In this document: positions 17,910-28,372 of the stretch, in pieces
Position numbering within the stretch: position 1 is the stretch's first letter
How the letters are laid out: every line of letters begins with the position of its first letter
Source of the DNA: an uncultured virus (IMG/VR IMGVR_UViG_3300044796_000330)
Lineage: Duplodnaviria > Heunggongvirae > Uroviricota > Caudoviricetes
Virus record (IMG/VR): IMGVR_UViG_3300044796_000330
Reading direction: 5' to 3' (one strand)
DNA length: 64,000 nucleotides
Notes under the pieces: generated by a model
Told to the model about the DNA's origin: nothing
Seen by the model: only the letters and a program-made list of their open reading frames with translations
Databases searched by the model: none
Position numbers and translations under genes: made by a program

Positions 17910-20900
17910 CGCGACCAAATCAAACGGATATCGAAAAGACAACTCTTGCGTCTTGGCAAAAGTCAGGAGCTTTTGAGCAGTCCAATAGTTGCCGCAAGGG
18001 TAAGCCATTTGTCATCTATGATGGTCCGCCTTTTGCAACAGGCAAACCTCACTTCGGACACATCCTTGTGTCAGTGATCAAGGACGTTGTTGCTCGATAC
18101 CAGAATATGAACGGTCGCCCTGTTCCGAGACAATTCGGATGGGATTGCCACGGTTTGCCAATCGAGAGTATTGCGCAAAAAGAACTCGGTATGTCTGCGT
18201 CCGAGGTTATCCGCAATGATATGGTGGGCGTATTCAACACTAAATGTCGCTCACTTGTCAATAAGTGCGAGGCAGATTGGGAAGATACTATCAATCGCAT
18301 TGGCCGCTGGGTAGATTTCAAATCTCCCTATCGCACGATGGATCTCAATTATATGGAGAGCGTCTGGTGGGCGTTCAAGCAAATCTACCAGAAGGATCGT
18401 ATCTATAAGGCTCATCGTATCATGGCGTATAGCGGAAAGCTAATGACGCCTTTGAGCAATTTCGAAGTAAGCGATAACTATCGAGAAATCGAAGACTATT
18501 GCGTTGTTGCAAGTTTCCCTGTCAAAGCATTTGATCTGGAATTTTCCGTCCTTGCTTATACCACAACGCCTTGGACTCTTCCAAGCAACGCTGCATTGTG
18601 CGTTCATCCCGAGCACAATTATTGCATCGTTGAGGATATCGCAAGTAAAGAAAAGTTCCTGCTTGATCCTGCACGCATCACGGCACATTTTAAGGATGGT
18701 GTAAGAATCCTTAAGTCTCTCAAAGGAATTGATCTCGTTGGGCTTAAGTATGAGCCGATTTTCGATATGCGTGAGAAGGCCAAGGAAGGCCAAGATAAGT
18801 TCTATACGATTGTTGCGGATACCTATGTTTCATCTGAGGATGGGACAGGCGTTGTTCATATCGCTCCGTGCTTTGGGGAAGATGACTACCGAATTGGTAA
18901 GGCCAATAACCTTCCCATGCTTGATTTCCTCGATGGTGAGTGCAAGTTCGATAGCAATGTTGGGTGTCTCTTCGAGTATAAGGGACAGTTCTGCAAAGAT
19001 GCGGACGGGCGTATCGTTATCAATCTCGGTAAGATCGGCAGGCTCTATGAGAGCGGCAAAATCAAACACAACTATCCGTTCTGCGATCGAACTGATTCAC
19101 CAATCATCTATCGAGCCATTGACGCTTGGTATTTGAAACTCGAAGATCTAAAAGACAAGCTTGTTGCTAATAACGCAAAGATCAATTGGGTTCCCGAGCA
19201 CGTCGGTTCTGGTAGATTTGCCAACTGGCTGAAAGATTGCAAGGATTGGAATATCTCCCGTAATCGTCTATGGGGATCGTGTATTCCTTTGTGGGTTGCC
19301 AAAGATGGCGATACTATCTGTGTTGGTTCTATCAATGAGCTTGAGAAGCTTTCTGGGCACCGCATCACCGATTTGCACAAGGACTTCCTTGACACAATCA
19401 CGATTGTGAAAGGCGGGAAGGAATACAAGCGTGTTCCCGAAGTTCTCGATTGTTGGTTTGAGAGTGGAGCCATGCCTTTTGCACAGTTCCATTTTCCTTT
19501 TGAGAACAAGGAGGTTTTCAACAGGAACTTCCCAGCAGACTTCGTAGTTGAGGGGCTTGATCAAACTCGTGGATGGTTCTATACGCTTCTTGTTCTTTCG
19601 ACGGTTCTATTCGAGCTTCCTCCGTTTAAGAACGTAATCGTCAATGGCTTGCTCTTGGCCGAAGATGGCGCCAAGATGAGCAAGAGCAAAAACAATTACG
19701 CTGATCCAACCACCATTCTCGATAAGTATGGTGCCGATGCGCTGAGGATGTATCTTTGCTCCACTCAGGCTACTCACGCGGAACCTGTCGCATTCAAAGA
19801 GCAGGATCTCGAAACCATCAACAAACAGATTATCCTTCCATTCCTTAATGCGTTGGACTTTTTTACCCTGTATGCAAAGCACGACAACTGGAGCGAGAAG
19901 GATCGCGTGTTCGCGTGTGAGCGTAAGCTTGATGGTTGGATTATGGCGAAGTTTGATCTCTTGGTAAGAGATTTGCGCACTTGCCTTAATAGGTTTGAAA
20001 TCTGGAAGGCAGCTCCAAAGATTGCAGAGTTTATGGATGACTTGTGCAACTGGTATATCAGACTATCTCGAAAGGTATTCTGGGGGTCTAACTCGAACGA
20101 GAAGAGTAGTGCATACTATTCGCTATTCAACGTGCTCCTTGGTTTGTCGAAAGCCTTGGCACCATTTATTCCATTCACAGCGGACTATGTATTTAATGCT
20201 CTGAACCAGGAAGGAAGTGTTCATTGCAAGAACTATCCTATGGTTGCAACATACTCGCTGAGGCTAATTGAGGAAATGGATGAGGTTCGTAAAGTTGCGA
20301 ACATTGCAAGACGCATCCGAGCAAAGAGCCAACTCAAGACACGACAGCCTCTCGCCAACATGACGGTATTCGGCTCCAAAATTGGCGTTGAGGATTTGCC
20401 ATTGCTAAAGGCAGAGATCAATGTCCAATCTGTGTCTTTGAAGTCGTTCTCCGAGATCAAAGTTCAACTTGAATGTAAGCCCGATTACAGAAAGGTTGGA
20501 GCTGTATTCGGAAAGGACTCACAGCGCATCTTTGCAATCATCAAGGACAAACTGAATAACGTGCAACTTGCACGTTTGCATTCTGGCAAAAGTGTTATCT
20601 CTGATAATGTCGAAATCACTTCAGACTATGTCATCATCACTGAAAAAATCGATGTCAATGGGGCGTTCTTGTCCGACGATAAGATCACCGTTGTTCTCGA
20701 CACACATCTAACTCCCGATCTAATCGAATTGGGTTTCGTTAGCGAATTCCGTTCCATCGTTCAGAACATTCGCAAAGAAGCTGGGCTCGAAATGGCAGAT
20801 CGCATCTATACGGAAGTATTTGCCGGTGCTGATGCCACAAGAGTGCTTGAAAAGCATAGAACAGATCTGCTTCAGCAATTGCTTTCAAGCGACATGAAGT

Positions 20901-20992
20901 TCTTCCTTCCCCTCAATGTTCCCATGAAAGAGGTTCATAAGATCAAGATCGATAACGAGTATATGTTCCTGCGTCTCTATAAAGAGGGTTGA
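17906..20992 (+). CDS. ileS: isoleucyl-tRNA synthetase, type 2
   Basis: DGPPFATGKPHFGH, GWDCHGLP, TTTPWTLPSN, GTGVVH, WNISRNRLWG, EGLDQTRGWF, KMSKS. Confidence 0.95.
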   Translation: MTRPNQTDIEKTTLASWQKSGAFEQSNSCRKGKPFVIYDGPPFATGKPHFGHILVSVIKDVVARYQNMNGRPVPRQFGWDCHGLPIESIAQKELGMSASEVIRNDMVGVFNTKCRSLVNKCEADWEDTINRIGRWVDFKSPYRTMDLNYMESVWWAFKQIYQKDRIYKAHRIMAYSGKLMTPLSNFEVSDNYREIEDYCVVASFPVKAFDLEFSVLAYTTTPWTLPSNAALCVHPEHNYCIVEDIASKEKFLLDPARITAHFKDGVRILKSLKGIDLVGLKYEPIFDMREKAKEGQDKFYTIVADTYVSSEDGTGVVHIAPCFGEDDYRIGKANNLPMLDFLDGECKFDSNVGCLFEYKGQFCKDADGRIVINLGKIGRLYESGKIKHNYPFCDRTDSPIIYRAIDAWYLKLEDLKDKLVANNAKINWVPEHVGSGRFANWLKDCKDWNISRNRLWGSCIPLWVAKDGDTICVGSINELEKLSGHRITDLHKDFLDTITIVKGGKEYKRVPEVLDCWFESGAMPFAQFHFPFENKEVFNRNFPADFVVEGLDQTRGWFYTLLVLSTVLFELPPFKNVIVNGLLLAEDGAKMSKSKNNYADPTTILDKYGADALRMYLCSTQATHAEPVAFKEQDLETINKQIILPFLNALDFFTLYAKHDNWSEKDRVFACERKLDGWIMAKFDLLVRDLRTCLNRFEIWKAAPKIAEFMDDLCNWYIRLSRKVFWGSNSNEKSSAYYSLFNVLLGLSKALAPFIPFTADYVFNALNQEGSVHCKNYPMVATYSLRLIEEMDEVRKVANIARRIRAKSQLKTRQPLANMTVFGSKIGVEDLPLLKAEINVQSVSLKSFSEIKVQLECKPDYRKVGAVFGKDSQRIFAIIKDKLNNVQLARLHSGKSVISDNVEITSDYVIITEKIDVNGAFLSDDKITVVLDTHLTPDLIELGFVSEFRSIVQNIRKEAGLEMADRIYTEVFAGADATRVLEKHRTDLLQQLLSSDMKFFLPLNVPMKEVHKIKIDNEYMFLRLYKEG

Positions 20993-20995
20993 GTT

Positions 20996-21379
20996 TTGAA
21001 TCCTACCTTATCAAAGATTGTCCGCATGATGGATTTCTTGGGGGCAGATGATTACATTATCCCATCCTATGGACTGTGTATGCCGGATGATGTGTGCCAG
21101 TTCAGTTATCTGCCAGATAGGTTGTTCAGGTTTTTCAAAGACACCAAGACGATGACATACACCGGCATTGGCTATGGTCAATCGAATAAGAAGGTTGTGA
21201 TCGTTGGCATTAAGTTGCCAGAGGCGTATCTCAATACACTGTATGATACACTGGTGTATGATTGTCGCGAGTGGATTAAGAGCGAAGGTAAGAAGACGCA
21301 TATGAAGTATCTTGGCAAAGCGTTGTGTAGGTTTGGTGATATAGACTTTGTCCTCAAGGGCAGCGCATTCGGATATTAG
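20996..21379 (+). CDS. hypothetical protein
   Basis: ORF filling gap after ileS. Confidence 0.45.
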   Translation: MNPTLSKIVRMMDFLGADDYIIPSYGLCMPDDVCQFSYLPDRLFRFFKDTKTMTYTGIGYGQSNKKVVIVGIKLPEAYLNTLYDTLVYDCREWIKSEGKKTHMKYLGKALCRFGDIDFVLKGSAFGY

Positions 21380-21391
21380 CACGGAGTCAAA

Positions 21392-22120
21392 ATGGCAATG
21401 ATATCATCGAAGAAATTCCTATCAACAAAGTCTGCTGGCAAACTGCCATCTTCGCTGAAAGATCATCCCTATTTTAGGGACAACAAATACTTGGAGAAGA
21501 TATTCCCGAAGATTGGGTTGAAGAACGATCGAGTTAGAAACGCCTATAAAGATCCACAGTTTGGTATGCTTGACCTTGTGTTTTCTGCCGCTGGAACACA
21601 ATGCTTTTACGACTTGGCGACGATGAGTATGCGTGGAGCGCTGAGTTGCATGCATTGGGCAAATTCACACTCAACCCACGTTATCGGATCCGTCGTAGAT
21701 CCTTTTTGCGCAATCATTTATCTGACAGACCGCAAACACACAAAGTATGGTCGCTCTATCATTAAGCGATCTCTTGTGAGGTTGCTTGCCAAAAGCAACG
21801 ATCATACGCCCCATCTTTTCATCGAACGCCCTTATACGAAATCCGATAACACCGATCCTTTCAGGTATGCCAATAAATGCAACAATCCAAATGAGATATC
21901 TACCGTGTTTGCCAACTATCTATCCAGCAAAACTGGACTTGAAGTAAGGCACACTGGCTCTGTCTATATTCCCGCCTACATTCCACACCATAAATCGCTT
22001 GCAAAACTCACATATAGAGAAAACTCTATTAGTGATTTTGGGCTTGGATACTATGAGCCAGTAATTGCGGATAAGTTTATGCGGGAGCTGAAGCCTTTGG
22101 CGCCACGCTCGACGCAGTGA
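21392..22120 (+). CDS. TMSMRG-family paralog 1 (short form)
   Basis: IFPKIGLKN; YDLATMSMRGALSCMHW; IGSVVDP..IIYLT. Confidence 0.8.
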   Translation: MAMISSKKFLSTKSAGKLPSSLKDHPYFRDNKYLEKIFPKIGLKNDRVRNAYKDPQFGMLDLVFSAAGTQCFYDLATMSMRGALSCMHWANSHSTHVIGSVVDPFCAIIYLTDRKHTKYGRSIIKRSLVRLLAKSNDHTPHLFIERPYTKSDNTDPFRYANKCNNPNEISTVFANYLSSKTGLEVRHTGSVYIPAYIPHHKSLAKLTYRENSISDFGLGYYEPVIADKFMRELKPLAPRSTQ

Positions 22121-22127
22121 AAGTCGC

Positions 22128-22156
22128 TTGACAGCAGCTAACCCAATGACTATGAT
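22128..22156 (+). promoter_or_regulatory. sigma70-type promoter
   Basis: TTGACA-17nt-TATGAT. Confidence 0.85.
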
Positions 22157-22212
22157 GACGGGAGCCGTTGCGCTCCTGCGATATTCCTAAACCAACACAA
22201 CACAAAATCAAA

Positions 22213-23781
22213 ATGAGCAACTCAACAAAAGACATTCTTGCAGCACATAAGTATCCGCCGAAGATTAAGTCGCACGACATCTTCAAAAAGACAAAGGAAA
22301 TCAAGAAGGTCTTCCCCGAAATTGGTCTCCCCAACTGCGAAAAAGAGCTAACCATCGACAATAGCAAAGAGAAGATTGCCGCGGCGCAATCCTTGCTTGT
22401 TGGTATCAAGGAAGCCACCGTTCGTCGATTTACAAATCTCGACAAGTGGGAAAAGAAGAAGGCTGACGAGGAGGATCTTACTGACCTCCGCAAAGAGAAG
22501 ATTGAGAACTGCAAGTTTATCCTCAAATCCCTTCAGACCGACATCGTCAAAAAGAAGAAGAACTTCTGCGTCATTAACGATGGCAAGCTGACCATCAACC
22601 TTCCTTCTGAAATCAAAGACAAGAGTGGCAAGGTTGTTTTCAAGCCCGGCGAGCGGCTCTTTGGTGTCTATAACAAGCTCAATAGTATGCTCACCGATGG
22701 TAAATTCCGTCCTTTGGTTCCTCTCGAAGAAATTCCTCAGTTCAAGGATTTCAGTTCCAAGAACGTTCCCTCGAATAAGATGACCGTTCGCTTCTCCTCC
22801 GATGGTGAGGAGGGAGTTTGGGATATTGCAACGATGAGTATGCGTGGGATTAGCTCGTGTCAAACGTGGGGAAACGGGAACGCAACTCATGTTGTCGGTT
22901 CGATGGTCGATCCATTCACTGGAATCATCTATCTCACCACTGGTGGAAAGTTCAATGAGCACGGATCTAAAATGATCCGTCGTTGCGTTGTTCGGTTCGT
23001 TGTCAATGAAAATACCAAAAAGCCGTATCTCTACCTTGAGCGCATGTATCCATCTCACGAGGAAAGCACACACAAGACATTCGTTGATTTTCTCCGCGAA
23101 AGAACTGATGGTAAGTTCGAGATCAAGGGGCACACACATTCTCTTGCTGGATCGTATGTCCCACTGAGCAGTGTTGTGCGTAATTTGAACGCAAATGATC
23201 AACCTTATCGTGATAGCGGCGTGATGTATAAGAATGACGTTAACGATATGAAGGCAAAAGCGCGCGATGGCGTCGAAGCAAAGATGCTCAAAATCTACTC
23301 GACCATCACAAATGAATTCCGACAAGCTGCCAACAGCATTAAGCCTGATGAAGTTTCGAAAGAACAAGAACAGAGCATAAAAGCTATGGTTGGCAGTGAT
23401 TATCACTACGATTACAGTTATTACTACTACGAAAACGTGGTGGCAATGGCGAAGAAGCACTTGGCTGACTTCGACATTTCGAAGTATGAGAACGCCGATG
23501 CTTTGATCAAGGATGCTGTCGAGAAGTTGGCAAATTCGAAACTCAAGGCAAAAATTGCCTCGGCAATCAGATTGACCATCAAGGGGAACAAAATTCCTTC
23601 GACCTACAAGAACATAAGCCCGAAGATCATTACCAGCCTGTCCGATGCTGCGAGTGAGAAGATTTCTGCTGCTTTGAAGAAGGAAAGCGAGAAGCTGGAG
23701 AAATCTGTTGCAAAAACGATCGCTATCAAGGCGAAGGCAAAGAAGGAAGAAGTTCCCGTGTATGTGAAGCTTCTCGAATGA
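22213..23781 (+). CDS. TMSMRG-family paralog 2 (long form)
   Basis: VFPEIGLPNC; WDIATMSMRGISSCQTW; LERMYP. Confidence 0.85.
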   Translation: MSNSTKDILAAHKYPPKIKSHDIFKKTKEIKKVFPEIGLPNCEKELTIDNSKEKIAAAQSLLVGIKEATVRRFTNLDKWEKKKADEEDLTDLRKEKIENCKFILKSLQTDIVKKKKNFCVINDGKLTINLPSEIKDKSGKVVFKPGERLFGVYNKLNSMLTDGKFRPLVPLEEIPQFKDFSSKNVPSNKMTVRFSSDGEEGVWDIATMSMRGISSCQTWGNGNATHVVGSMVDPFTGIIYLTTGGKFNEHGSKMIRRCVVRFVVNENTKKPYLYLERMYPSHEESTHKTFVDFLRERTDGKFEIKGHTHSLAGSYVPLSSVVRNLNANDQPYRDSGVMYKNDVNDMKAKARDGVEAKMLKIYSTITNEFRQAANSIKPDEVSKEQEQSIKAMVGSDYHYDYSYYYYENVVAMAKKHLADFDISKYENADALIKDAVEKLANSKLKAKIASAIRLTIKGNKIPSTYKNISPKIITSLSDAASEKISAALKKESEKLEKSVAKTIAIKAKAKKEEVPVYVKLLE

Positions 23782-23791
23782 GAGCGCCGCC

Positions 23792-24007
23792 ATGAGTAAA
23801 AAGCACGATAAGAACCAACGAGCTTGGCAGAAAATTACATCCCACGTAATGCGTGGTGAGGAAGCGGTTGCTTTGCTTGAATCAATTCACATATACGATC
23901 TTCTTGCGGCTCCCACAACACGAAAAGAAGATAGTCATAAGAACGCGCAGCTTGACGATATTCGCGCAAGATTGAATGCGTTTTTCGAATTCGACGACGG
24001 AGAATAA
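23792..24007 (+). CDS. hypothetical protein
   Basis: Small ORF between paralogs. Confidence 0.5.
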   Translation: MSKKHDKNQRAWQKITSHVMRGEEAVALLESIHIYDLLAAPTTRKEDSHKNAQLDDIRARLNAFFEFDDGE

Positions 24008-24009
24008 CA

Positions 24010-24975
24010 ATGGCGTTCCTCACAAAGAAGATTGCTTCTTCGAAAAAGTGGCCGAACTGGCTTAAAGCGGGAATCACAAAGTCCAAATCAATCAAGAAGG
24101 CCTTTCCTTCCATTGGTTTGAAGAACTGTTCTGGCAAAACAGATACATCCATCGTTGATGATATGGTGATTAGTCATTTGGATGCAGCCATCTGCGATGG
24201 AAATGATGACGATCTCTTGTTCGAGACCAAGGCAGAGGTGTTGGCGGCAGAAGCGTTATACATTGCAAATAGCATCCTCAAGAATGGTTCTCTTGTGATG
24301 AAAAGCGATCTTGTATCGCCCTGGGGCAAGATATTGTGCAAGAAAGGAGAGAGCGCTTCTAAACTTCTTGCCAAGAAAGCACCGCATCTAAAGCGCATAA
24401 CGTATCGCCACAGCAAATCAATTTGCGATGAGATTGTTCGTCTTTGCGGTTCGAAATCAAAGCTCAAGATCGTATTCTCATACGATCCGTGGGATATCGC
24501 TACGATGAGTATGCGTGGAATCTCTTCTTGCCAGTCTTGGAATAGCCATTACAAAGAGTGTGTGATTGGATCTGTTGTCGATCCGTATGCGGCGGTGATT
24601 TATATCACTGACGGATCCAAGACACAATACGGTGAGAGAATGCTTGCGCGCTCTGTCGTAAGGATTGTCGTTCCATCGAAGGAACAAAAAGATATCCAAT
24701 ACTGGAAAACCCATAGGAAAACAAGAGCAACCTCGATCTTTATCGAGGAGCCTTACATTGCCTCGGAAGATGATTCCGAAACAAACGCAGACTATGTCCG
24801 TGTGTTTGCGGACTTCATCACCTCAAAACTTGGCAATAAAGTCAAGATTGTTTCTGGCTACGATAGTCATAGGTATCAAATACCTATGTCGGATGCCGTG
24901 AAGAAAATCAACGTTAGCCAACGATCCTATATTGACAGCGGACTATCGTATGAAGATGGACAAAGCTCTTCTTGA
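24010..24975 (+). CDS. TMSMRG-family paralog 3 (medium form)
   Basis: AFPSIGLKNC; WDIATMSMRGISSCQSW; IEEPY. Confidence 0.85.
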   Translation: MAFLTKKIASSKKWPNWLKAGITKSKSIKKAFPSIGLKNCSGKTDTSIVDDMVISHLDAAICDGNDDDLLFETKAEVLAAEALYIANSILKNGSLVMKSDLVSPWGKILCKKGESASKLLAKKAPHLKRITYRHSKSICDEIVRLCGSKSKLKIVFSYDPWDIATMSMRGISSCQSWNSHYKECVIGSVVDPYAAVIYITDGSKTQYGERMLARSVVRIVVPSKEQKDIQYWKTHRKTRATSIFIEEPYIASEDDSETNADYVRVFADFITSKLGNKVKIVSGYDSHRYQIPMSDAVKKINVSQRSYIDSGLSYEDGQSSS

Positions 24976-25001
24976 CAACCAGTCTCGCCAGTGATTACAC
25001 T
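24972..25001 (+). promoter_or_regulatory. sigma70-type promoter
   Basis: TTGACA-18nt-TACACT. Confidence 0.7.
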
Positions 25002-25040
25002 TGGTGTAAGAGCGAGACATACTGAGACATTATAAAGCAA

Positions 25041-26645
25041 ATGAAGATTGCATCCAAAGACATATTCAAGAACAAGAACTACGCCAAGTATATTGCCACC
25101 CATCCAATCTTCGACAAGATTGAAAAGGTCAATAAAGTCTTCCCTGGCATTGGTTTGCCAAACTGTGAGGACGACAAAATCGTCAATAACGCTGAGATTG
25201 CGGCCAAGAGTGCAAAAACTCTCATCGGCTCAATCACCGCCTCTCTTGATAAGAGAGAGAAGGGTCTTAACGCATTTGTCGATACGCACCCTAAAATGGG
25301 CGAGAAGCGTAAAGAGAAGGCCGAAAATCTCATCAAGATCATAAACGCCACAAAATCGCTCATAGCGGATAATGTCGATAAATGCGTTCTTGTGGATAAG
25401 AAATGCGTCAAGATTATGCTTCCCGGCGATCTTACAATCGATGGCGGAAAGAAGCCTATCTTCAAGGCCAACAAAACCATCATCAGCGTTTATGGCAAGA
25501 TCAACGAGCTTTTGCAAGATGGCAAGTTTGCTCGAATGAAGAATATCGATAACGATCCTGCATTCAAAGAGTTCAGCAAGGATAACATTCCAAATGCTGG
25601 TTTGAAGGTCGTTTTCTCGTCGGAAGGATCTGATGGTATTTGGGATATTGCTACGATGAGTATGCGCGGTGTATCGTCTTGTCAGTCTTGGCAGAACGGT
25701 GCATACAAGCACGGCGTTATCGGTTCTATGATCGATCCGTTTGTTGGCATCATCTATCTTACGACTGGTGGCAATTTCAACGAATACGGATCGAAGATGA
25801 TCAAGCGCTGCATTGTGCGCTATGTCGTTGATGGCAAAACGAAAAAGCCATACTTGGCTCTCGACAATATGTATCCATCATTTGATGCCAATGTTCTCAC
25901 TCAGTTCATTGAGTTTCTCAAAGCTCGCGTTAGCAACAAACTGGAAGTCTATTTCGCCTCTCACCTGTATGGCAGGCCAATCTATAACACCTCTTATGTT
26001 CCGCTTACGAAAGTAAGGGAGAGTTTAGAGAACTACGGTGCAAGAGATCCATATAGCGTAGGCGCAATCGTTGCGTATCAGGATGTAAAGTTCCCGAGCA
26101 AGAAATCCACCAACGATCCAAAAGAAGCTCTGTATGCAAAGAACATCGTCAGCAAGGGACAGAAATTCACACAGAACTTCATCGCCGCTGCCACTGAAGC
26201 ATTCAAAAACATCGACATAAAGCTATTTCCGGAAGCAATCCATCCAACGATCCAAAGCCTTACAGGCGTTGCGATCGGTAAGGGACTATACAACAACAGC
26301 TATCTAATCCCCGAGCTTATGAGGGTCATTGCCAAGGGCTTCATCGAAAGCGTCAATTCTGCTGACTTTGCTAACTCTGATACATACATACGAAGAGTGT
26401 ATTACAACTACTTCAATCGAAAAGAACTTGTGTTCAGCTCGATCAAAAACAATCTCGTCAAGCAGATGAATGGCGGGATGGGTCTCAAAAAGAAGAACCG
26501 CATCAATGCCGATCATCTAACTGTGATGATGCAGGTTATCCTCAGTAAGACTGACGACATTATGCGAGACAAACTCCGCAAGCTTGTTAGCAGGCGTAAG
26601 TTTTCAGGCGCGTCGCCGATCCCCGACGGGGCGAGCACTTCCTAA
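25041..26645 (+). CDS. TMSMRG-family paralog 4 (long form)
   Basis: VFPGIGLPNC; WDIATMSMRGVSSCQSW; LDNMYP. Confidence 0.85.
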   Translation: MKIASKDIFKNKNYAKYIATHPIFDKIEKVNKVFPGIGLPNCEDDKIVNNAEIAAKSAKTLIGSITASLDKREKGLNAFVDTHPKMGEKRKEKAENLIKIINATKSLIADNVDKCVLVDKKCVKIMLPGDLTIDGGKKPIFKANKTIISVYGKINELLQDGKFARMKNIDNDPAFKEFSKDNIPNAGLKVVFSSEGSDGIWDIATMSMRGVSSCQSWQNGAYKHGVIGSMIDPFVGIIYLTTGGNFNEYGSKMIKRCIVRYVVDGKTKKPYLALDNMYPSFDANVLTQFIEFLKARVSNKLEVYFASHLYGRPIYNTSYVPLTKVRESLENYGARDPYSVGAIVAYQDVKFPSKKSTNDPKEALYAKNIVSKGQKFTQNFIAAATEAFKNIDIKLFPEAIHPTIQSLTGVAIGKGLYNNSYLIPELMRVIAKGFIESVNSADFANSDTYIRRVYYNYFNRKELVFSSIKNNLVKQMNGGMGLKKKNRINADHLTVMMQVILSKTDDIMRDKLRKLVSRRKFSGASPIPDGASTS

Positions 26646-26665
26646 TCTAAAACATTCGTGACCAC

Positions 26666-26694
26666 TCGACTTCGACTCGACGGATGACTACATT
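26666..26694 (+). promoter_or_regulatory. possible sigma70-type promoter
   Basis: TCGACT-17nt-TACATT preceded by ATGAC, as in other promoters. Confidence 0.5.
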
Positions 26695-26789
26695 CGTCGA
26701 AGCCAATCTCTTCGGCGTGATGGCACCACCTATGCCACCGCAGCCATTCTTTCTCAGTCTGACCTATCATCAATAGGACCAAAACAACA

Positions 26790-28358
26790 ATGATCACAAA
26801 GAAAAACACCCACCTGACCACCGAACTTTTCGCCGGGAAGACCAACATTCCCGACTTCGTAAAGCAACACGCTGTCTTTAAGAAGCCCACAAAAGTTCAG
26901 AAGGTGTTCCCGGCAATTGGTATGCCGAATTATCGAGAGAAGGCTAACCTCGATAAGTGCCTCACCGACATCAAAAAGGAAGGCACTTATGTTTGGAACC
27001 TGCTTAAGGTTATGAGCGATCTGCTTCTTTCCGCAAAGGCGGGTTTGACCGAGCACGCCGATAAGTTTCAGTTTCTTCTCACCCGCAAGCAGCGCGAGGA
27101 GAAGCGCGAGGAGATGGGTGATCTTTTTAATCTCTGCTCCATTGTCAATGAATTGCAGCTTTGCACCGATCCGTCCCAAAAGGATGTTCTGGAAGAAGCA
27201 ATCAAGACGGAGGAGGGGAAAATCTCTCTTCGTCTCATTAGAGACATCAGCAACACGATCGGTGGCAAAGTCAAGCTCGCTCATCGTAAAGGTGAGGGTC
27301 TTTTGAGGGCATATGCAAAAGTTGCCGAAAGGTGTGCCGTTTATGGCGTTGTTCTTGCTCCGCTTGATCAAACAGAGCAGTTCAAGATTTTCAGCAAGGA
27401 GAACATTCCGAATAAGGAATTCTGCATCGTATGGTCGTCCGAAGGCCCCGAAGGTGCGTGGGATGTTCTCACAATGAGTATGCGTGGGATTACGTCCTGC
27501 CAGCGATGGGAGGGCGAATACCCCAAGTGTCTCATTGGGAGTATGCTATCGAAATTCGTTGGTATCATGTATCTTACCAGCGGCGTTATGAGCGATGGCA
27601 ATGACAAGAATGGGAATCGCGCCAATCTCGGAACCAAGATGATGCGTCGGTGTGTGGTTCGTTATGCAATTAACGCTGACGAAGATAAGCCGTGCATTGT
27701 CATCGACAAGATGTATCCGGATCTCGATAAGGATGTTCTGAAACTCTTTACCGATTCGATCAAGGCGAGAACCAATCTCGAAGTTATCTATGCGCCTGAT
27801 CCGAACAACAAGCTTCGCCACATCTATCTCCCCGCGGAGAAGATCAATGAAGACATTATGGATAGAGAGAAGTCCTATCAGGATACTCCGCTGAAGAGCC
27901 GCTATGATCTCTATGCGATTCTCCTCAACTTCAATCGTGATGAGGTTGAGCGCGAGTTGAAGGGTTTCAACGTCAATCTGTCGCTGTTTATGGCTCGAAG
28001 ATTCGAGGACATTTATAGCGGTGGAGTATCCGTTAGCCCAGAAGTCAAGAAGATGGTGAATAACATTCGCATGAATACATCATTCACTCCTCTCTGCGAC
28101 AAGATCGTCAATCACATTGTGGCGAGTTTTGCTCGTCCGCCGAGCAACGAACACTCACACAGCGGAACTTACTATCGCAAGTATCTGCGTGAGTTCCTCA
28201 TCAACCGCAAGAAGATTATGTCTTCTGCTCAGACAAACATCAACGCAATCGTGGCTCAGCACTCGTCTCGTCAAATCGAAGGAAATGCGTTTGTCGAGTA
28301 TATGTTCTCCATTGCTGTGGAATTCGCAAAGAACGAAATCAAGCGTTGCATCAACTAA
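26790..28358 (+). CDS. TMSMRG-family paralog 5 (long form)
   Basis: VFPAIGMPNY; WDVLTMSMRGITSCQRW; IDKMYP. Confidence 0.85.
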   Translation: MITKKNTHLTTELFAGKTNIPDFVKQHAVFKKPTKVQKVFPAIGMPNYREKANLDKCLTDIKKEGTYVWNLLKVMSDLLLSAKAGLTEHADKFQFLLTRKQREEKREEMGDLFNLCSIVNELQLCTDPSQKDVLEEAIKTEEGKISLRLIRDISNTIGGKVKLAHRKGEGLLRAYAKVAERCAVYGVVLAPLDQTEQFKIFSKENIPNKEFCIVWSSEGPEGAWDVLTMSMRGITSCQRWEGEYPKCLIGSMLSKFVGIMYLTSGVMSDGNDKNGNRANLGTKMMRRCVVRYAINADEDKPCIVIDKMYPDLDKDVLKLFTDSIKARTNLEVIYAPDPNNKLRHIYLPAEKINEDIMDREKSYQDTPLKSRYDLYAILLNFNRDEVERELKGFNVNLSLFMARRFEDIYSGGVSVSPEVKKMVNNIRMNTSFTPLCDKIVNHIVASFARPPSNEHSHSGTYYRKYLREFLINRKKIMSSAQTNINAIVAQHSSRQIEGNAFVEYMFSIAVEFAKNEIKRCIN

Positions 28359-28372
28359 GAAGGACAACATAA

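Noticed and set aside
22348..23793. 481-aa minus-strand ORF (also 29063-30046, 15411-16205, 35104-35859)
   Set aside because: Antisense shadows of well-supported + strand genes, with no motifs of their own
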